From an uncultured Sphingomonadaceae bacterium (GTDB lineage Bacteria > Pseudomonadota > Alphaproteobacteria > Sphingomonadales > Sphingomonadaceae): a DNA stretch of 64,000 nt. The position numbers and the translations under genes are program-made. The stretch covers positions 6,283-70,282 of the forward strand of contig CANNCV010000003.1 in assembly GCA_947503245.1 (NCBI GenBank), given 5' to 3'. Positions within the stretch are counted from its first letter, which is position 1, and every line of letters begins with the position of its first letter. Positions 61,394 through 64,000 of this stretch are shown one piece after another. Below the pieces are notes generated by a model. The model had not been told where the DNA came from. It did not search any database and saw nothing but the letters and a program-made list of their open reading frames with translations.

Positions 61394-64000
61394 CTAAGCA
61401 AGCCCTATATTATAGTCCTGTAAAGGTTTGACTTCAAGGCTTGCGTCACGCAGCGCCAAGATTGATTGCGAAGCGGCCAGACTTGACGAGGCTGTTGTGA
61501 AATATGGCGTTCGTGTCGCCAGCGCCGATCCACGGATAGATTGCGAGTCCTTGAGGCTTTGCCAGCCCTCTGTCGTATTGAAAATAAGAGCAACATCACC
61601 ATCCAAAATACGATCCACAATATGCGGACGGCCTTCTGCGACCTTATTGACTACGGTGACGTCAACGCCATTTTCTTGCAGAAATGCAGCCGTTCCGCCT
61701 GTCGCAATAATATCAAAGCCCAAGCCTTCCAATATTTGCGCTGCCGGCAGGATATTCGGCTTGTCGCTATTTTTCACCGAGATAAAGACTGTACCTGAAT
61801 CTGGCAATATGGCCCCTGCCCCCAATTGCGATTTTGCAAAAGCAATGGCGAAACTGTCATCAATACCCATAACTTCGCCCGTTGATTTCATTTCAGGAGA
61901 AAGCACCGGATCAACCCCAGGGAAGCGCGCAAATGGGAAGACTGCCTCCTTTACAGCCATATGGCTGATGTGGCGGTTTATTTTCGGCAAATCAGCCAGT
62001 TTTTCACCAGCCATAACCCGGGCAGCAATTTTGGCGATCGGTGCACCAATGGCCTTAGCCACAAATGGCACTGTCCGGCTTGCCCGTGGATTGACCTCAA
62101 TCAAATAGACTTTGCCATCTTTGACCGCGAACTGGATGTTCATCAGGCCGCGCACTTTTAATCCATGCGCCAGTTTAACCGCTTGCTGCTCCATCTCCGC
62201 GATAATATCGTCATCAAGGCTGTAAGGCGGCAAGGTGCAGGCACTATCACCAGAATGTACGCCAGCCTCTTCAATATGCTGCATAACGCCAGCGATGACC
62301 ACATCGTCGCCATCACAAATAGCGTCCACATCCACCTCTATCGCATCGCGCAGATATTGATCTATCAAAACCGGACTGTCGCCAGACACTTGCACCGCAG
62401 TTGAAATATAATCTTCTAATTGCGCAGGGCTATCGACAATTTCCATCGCCCGTCCGCCCAGAACATAGGATGGGCGCATCAGCACTGGATAACCAATCCG
62501 TTCTGCGACGGCCAAAGCCTCTTCCCGGCTACGGGCAATGCCATTGGCCGGCTGCAACAGGCCCAGCTTATTAACCAGCGCCGCAAATCTCTCGCGATCC
62601 TCTGCCAAATCAATGGCGTCTGGCGATGTTCCTAATATAGGGATGCCCGCATCTTCTAAGGCCTTTGCAAGTTTCAATGGCGTTTGTCCGCCAAATTGCA
62701 CGATAACACCTTCAAGCGTTCCCTTGCTTTGTTCACAACGCAGGATTTCCAGAACATCTTCTGCTGTCAAAGGCTCGAAATACAAGCGATCAGAAGTGTC
62801 ATAATCGGTTGATACCGTTTCGGGATTACAATTGACCATGATCGTTTCATAGCCAGCGCTATCACTATCATAGTCGCCCAGAGCAAAGCAGGCATGGCAG
62901 CAACAATAATCAAACTCAATCCCTTGGCCGATCCGGTTAGGACCACCGCCCAATATGACAATTTTGCGCCTGTCTGTCGGGTTAGACTCATTTTCCGGTT
63001 CACCAAAAATCGGGGCCTCATAAGTAGAGTACATATAAGGTGTTTTGGCATGGAATTCTGCCGCGCAGGTATCGATACGTTTATACACGGGATGAACCCC
63101 CAAACGAGCCCGCAGCGCGCGCACTTCCTCTTCGCTCGTCGCACCAGCCATGGCCTGTATGGTATCGTGCAAAAGCCCGTGGCTACGTGCCTGTGTCTCA
63201 CCAAGTCCGCCAGCTACTTTGACCGAACGCACAGCCAGCGTTGCCAGCCTCTTGTCCGAAAAGCCCATAGATTTCAATTTGCGCAGTGCTTGTGCATCAT
63301 TGGGCAGACCTTCATCAAGCACGCTTTTTTCGGCAGTGATAATGTCTTCAATTTGGCGCAGAAACCATGGGTCATAATGGGTGATTGCGTGAATATCTTC
63401 GACCGAGAAACCTTCGCGGAATGCCTGCCCAATCACCAATAATCGACGTGAATTCGGCTTGGACAGCTCACTGGTCACCACATCGCGGCTCACCCCTTCC
63501 AATGAAGAAATGCGGTTAAATCCATCCAACCCCGTTTCAAGACCGCGCAATGCCTTTTGCAGTGATTCTTGGAAATTGCGGCCAATGGCCATAACTTCAC
63601 CCACCGATTTCATCGCTGTGTGCAGATAGTCTTCAGAACCCTTGAATTTCTCAAAGGTAAAACGCGGGATTTTTGTGACGACGTAATCAATTGTTGGTTC
63701 AAATGATGCCGGTGTCGCGCCGGTAATATCATTGTCAATCTCGTCCAACGTAAAGCCGACAGCAAGTTTTGCCGCCACCTTGGCAATGGGGAAGCCCGTT
63801 GCTTTTGATGCCAGCGCAGAAGAGCGCGAAACACGCGGGTTCATCTCAATCACAACCAGACGGCCTGTCTTTGGGTTGACCGCAAATTGCACGTTAGAGC
63901 CGCCGGTTTCCACCCCAATTTCGCGCAAAACCGCGATCGATGCATTGCGCATGATCTGATATTCTTTGTCTGTCAGCGTCAATGCTGGTGCCATGGTGAT
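61394..64000 (-). CDS. carB: Carbamoyl-phosphate synthase large subunit (5' part outside window)
   Basis: [55 protein letters not shown] domain. Confidence 0.97.
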   Translation of the reverse strand: MTMAPALTLTDKEYQIMRNASIAVLREIGVETGGSNVQFAVNPKTGRLVVIEMNPRVSRSSALASKATGFPIAKVAAKLAVGFTLDEIDNDITGATPASFEPTIDYVVTKIPRFTFEKFKGSEDYLHTAMKSVGEVMAIGRNFQESLQKALRGLETGLDGFNRISSLEGVSRDVVTSELSKPNSRRLLVIGQAFREGFSVEDIHAITHYDPWFLRQIEDIITAEKSVLDEGLPNDAQALRKLKSMGFSDKRLATLAVRSVKVAGGLGETQARSHGLLHDTIQAMAGATSEEEVRALRARLGVHPVYKRIDTCAAEFHAKTPYMYSTYEAPIFGEPENESNPTDRRKIVILGGGPNRIGQGIEFDYCCCHACFALGDYDSDSAGYETIMVNCNPETVSTDYDTSDRLYFEPLTAEDVLEILRCEQSKGTLEGVIVQFGGQTPLKLAKALEDAGIPILGTSPDAIDLAEDRERFAALVNKLGLLQPANGIARSREEALAVAERIGYPVLMRPSYVLGGRAMEIVDSPAQLEDYISTAVQVSGDSPVLIDQYLRDAIEVDVDAICDGDDVVIAGVMQHIEEAGVHSGDSACTLPPYSLDDDIIAEMEQQAVKLAHGLKVRGLMNIQFAVKDGKVYLIEVNPRASRTVPFVAKAIGAPIAKIAARVMAGEKLADLPKINRHISHMAVKEAVFPFARFPGVDPVLSPEMKSTGEVMGIDDSFAIAFAKSQLGAGAILPDSGTVFISVKNSDKPNILPAAQILEGLGFDIIATGGTAAFLQENGVDVTVVNKVAEGRPHIVDRILDGDVALIFNTTEGWQSLKDSQSIRGSALATRTPYFTTASSSLAASQSILALRDASLEVKPLQDYNIGLA

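Noticed and set aside
63100-63260. Insertion in CarB ([35 protein letters not shown]) as an intein or new domain
   Set aside because: Too short, with no intein splice motifs; probably a lineage-specific loop

Overview
Chromosomal window of an alphaproteobacterium, most likely Sphingomonadales (inferred from the tandem Hfq, the mltB-rlpA-dac-tmk-holB-metG-tatD gene order and the orphan tad trio). Bases 1-8977 are the right end of a genomic island abutting the 3' end of tRNA-Ser(UGA). The island carries an AT-rich, intact cargo operon (divergent KamA-family radical SAM gene plus a LivHMGF-like ABC transporter), a ParDE toxin-antitoxin pair, a small unlisted 52-aa ORF behind a structured leader, and four broken genes, including both serine recombinases. 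The rest is core genome: cell-wall, replication and translation genes, ntrYX-hfq-hflX with ntrBC missing from its usual position, ispDF, lipA, ettA, gyrA, trmFO, pdhAB, eno, greA, carB and two more tRNAs. A textbook 28-bp XerCD dif site at 17552-17579 places the window at the replication terminus. Other notable items are a PleC/DivJ-like protein with an intact H-box but no recognisable ATP-binding boxes behind CtrA-like sites, and a degenerate palindromic repeat beside a foreign-looking gene. All assignments come from reading motifs by eye; no searches were run.
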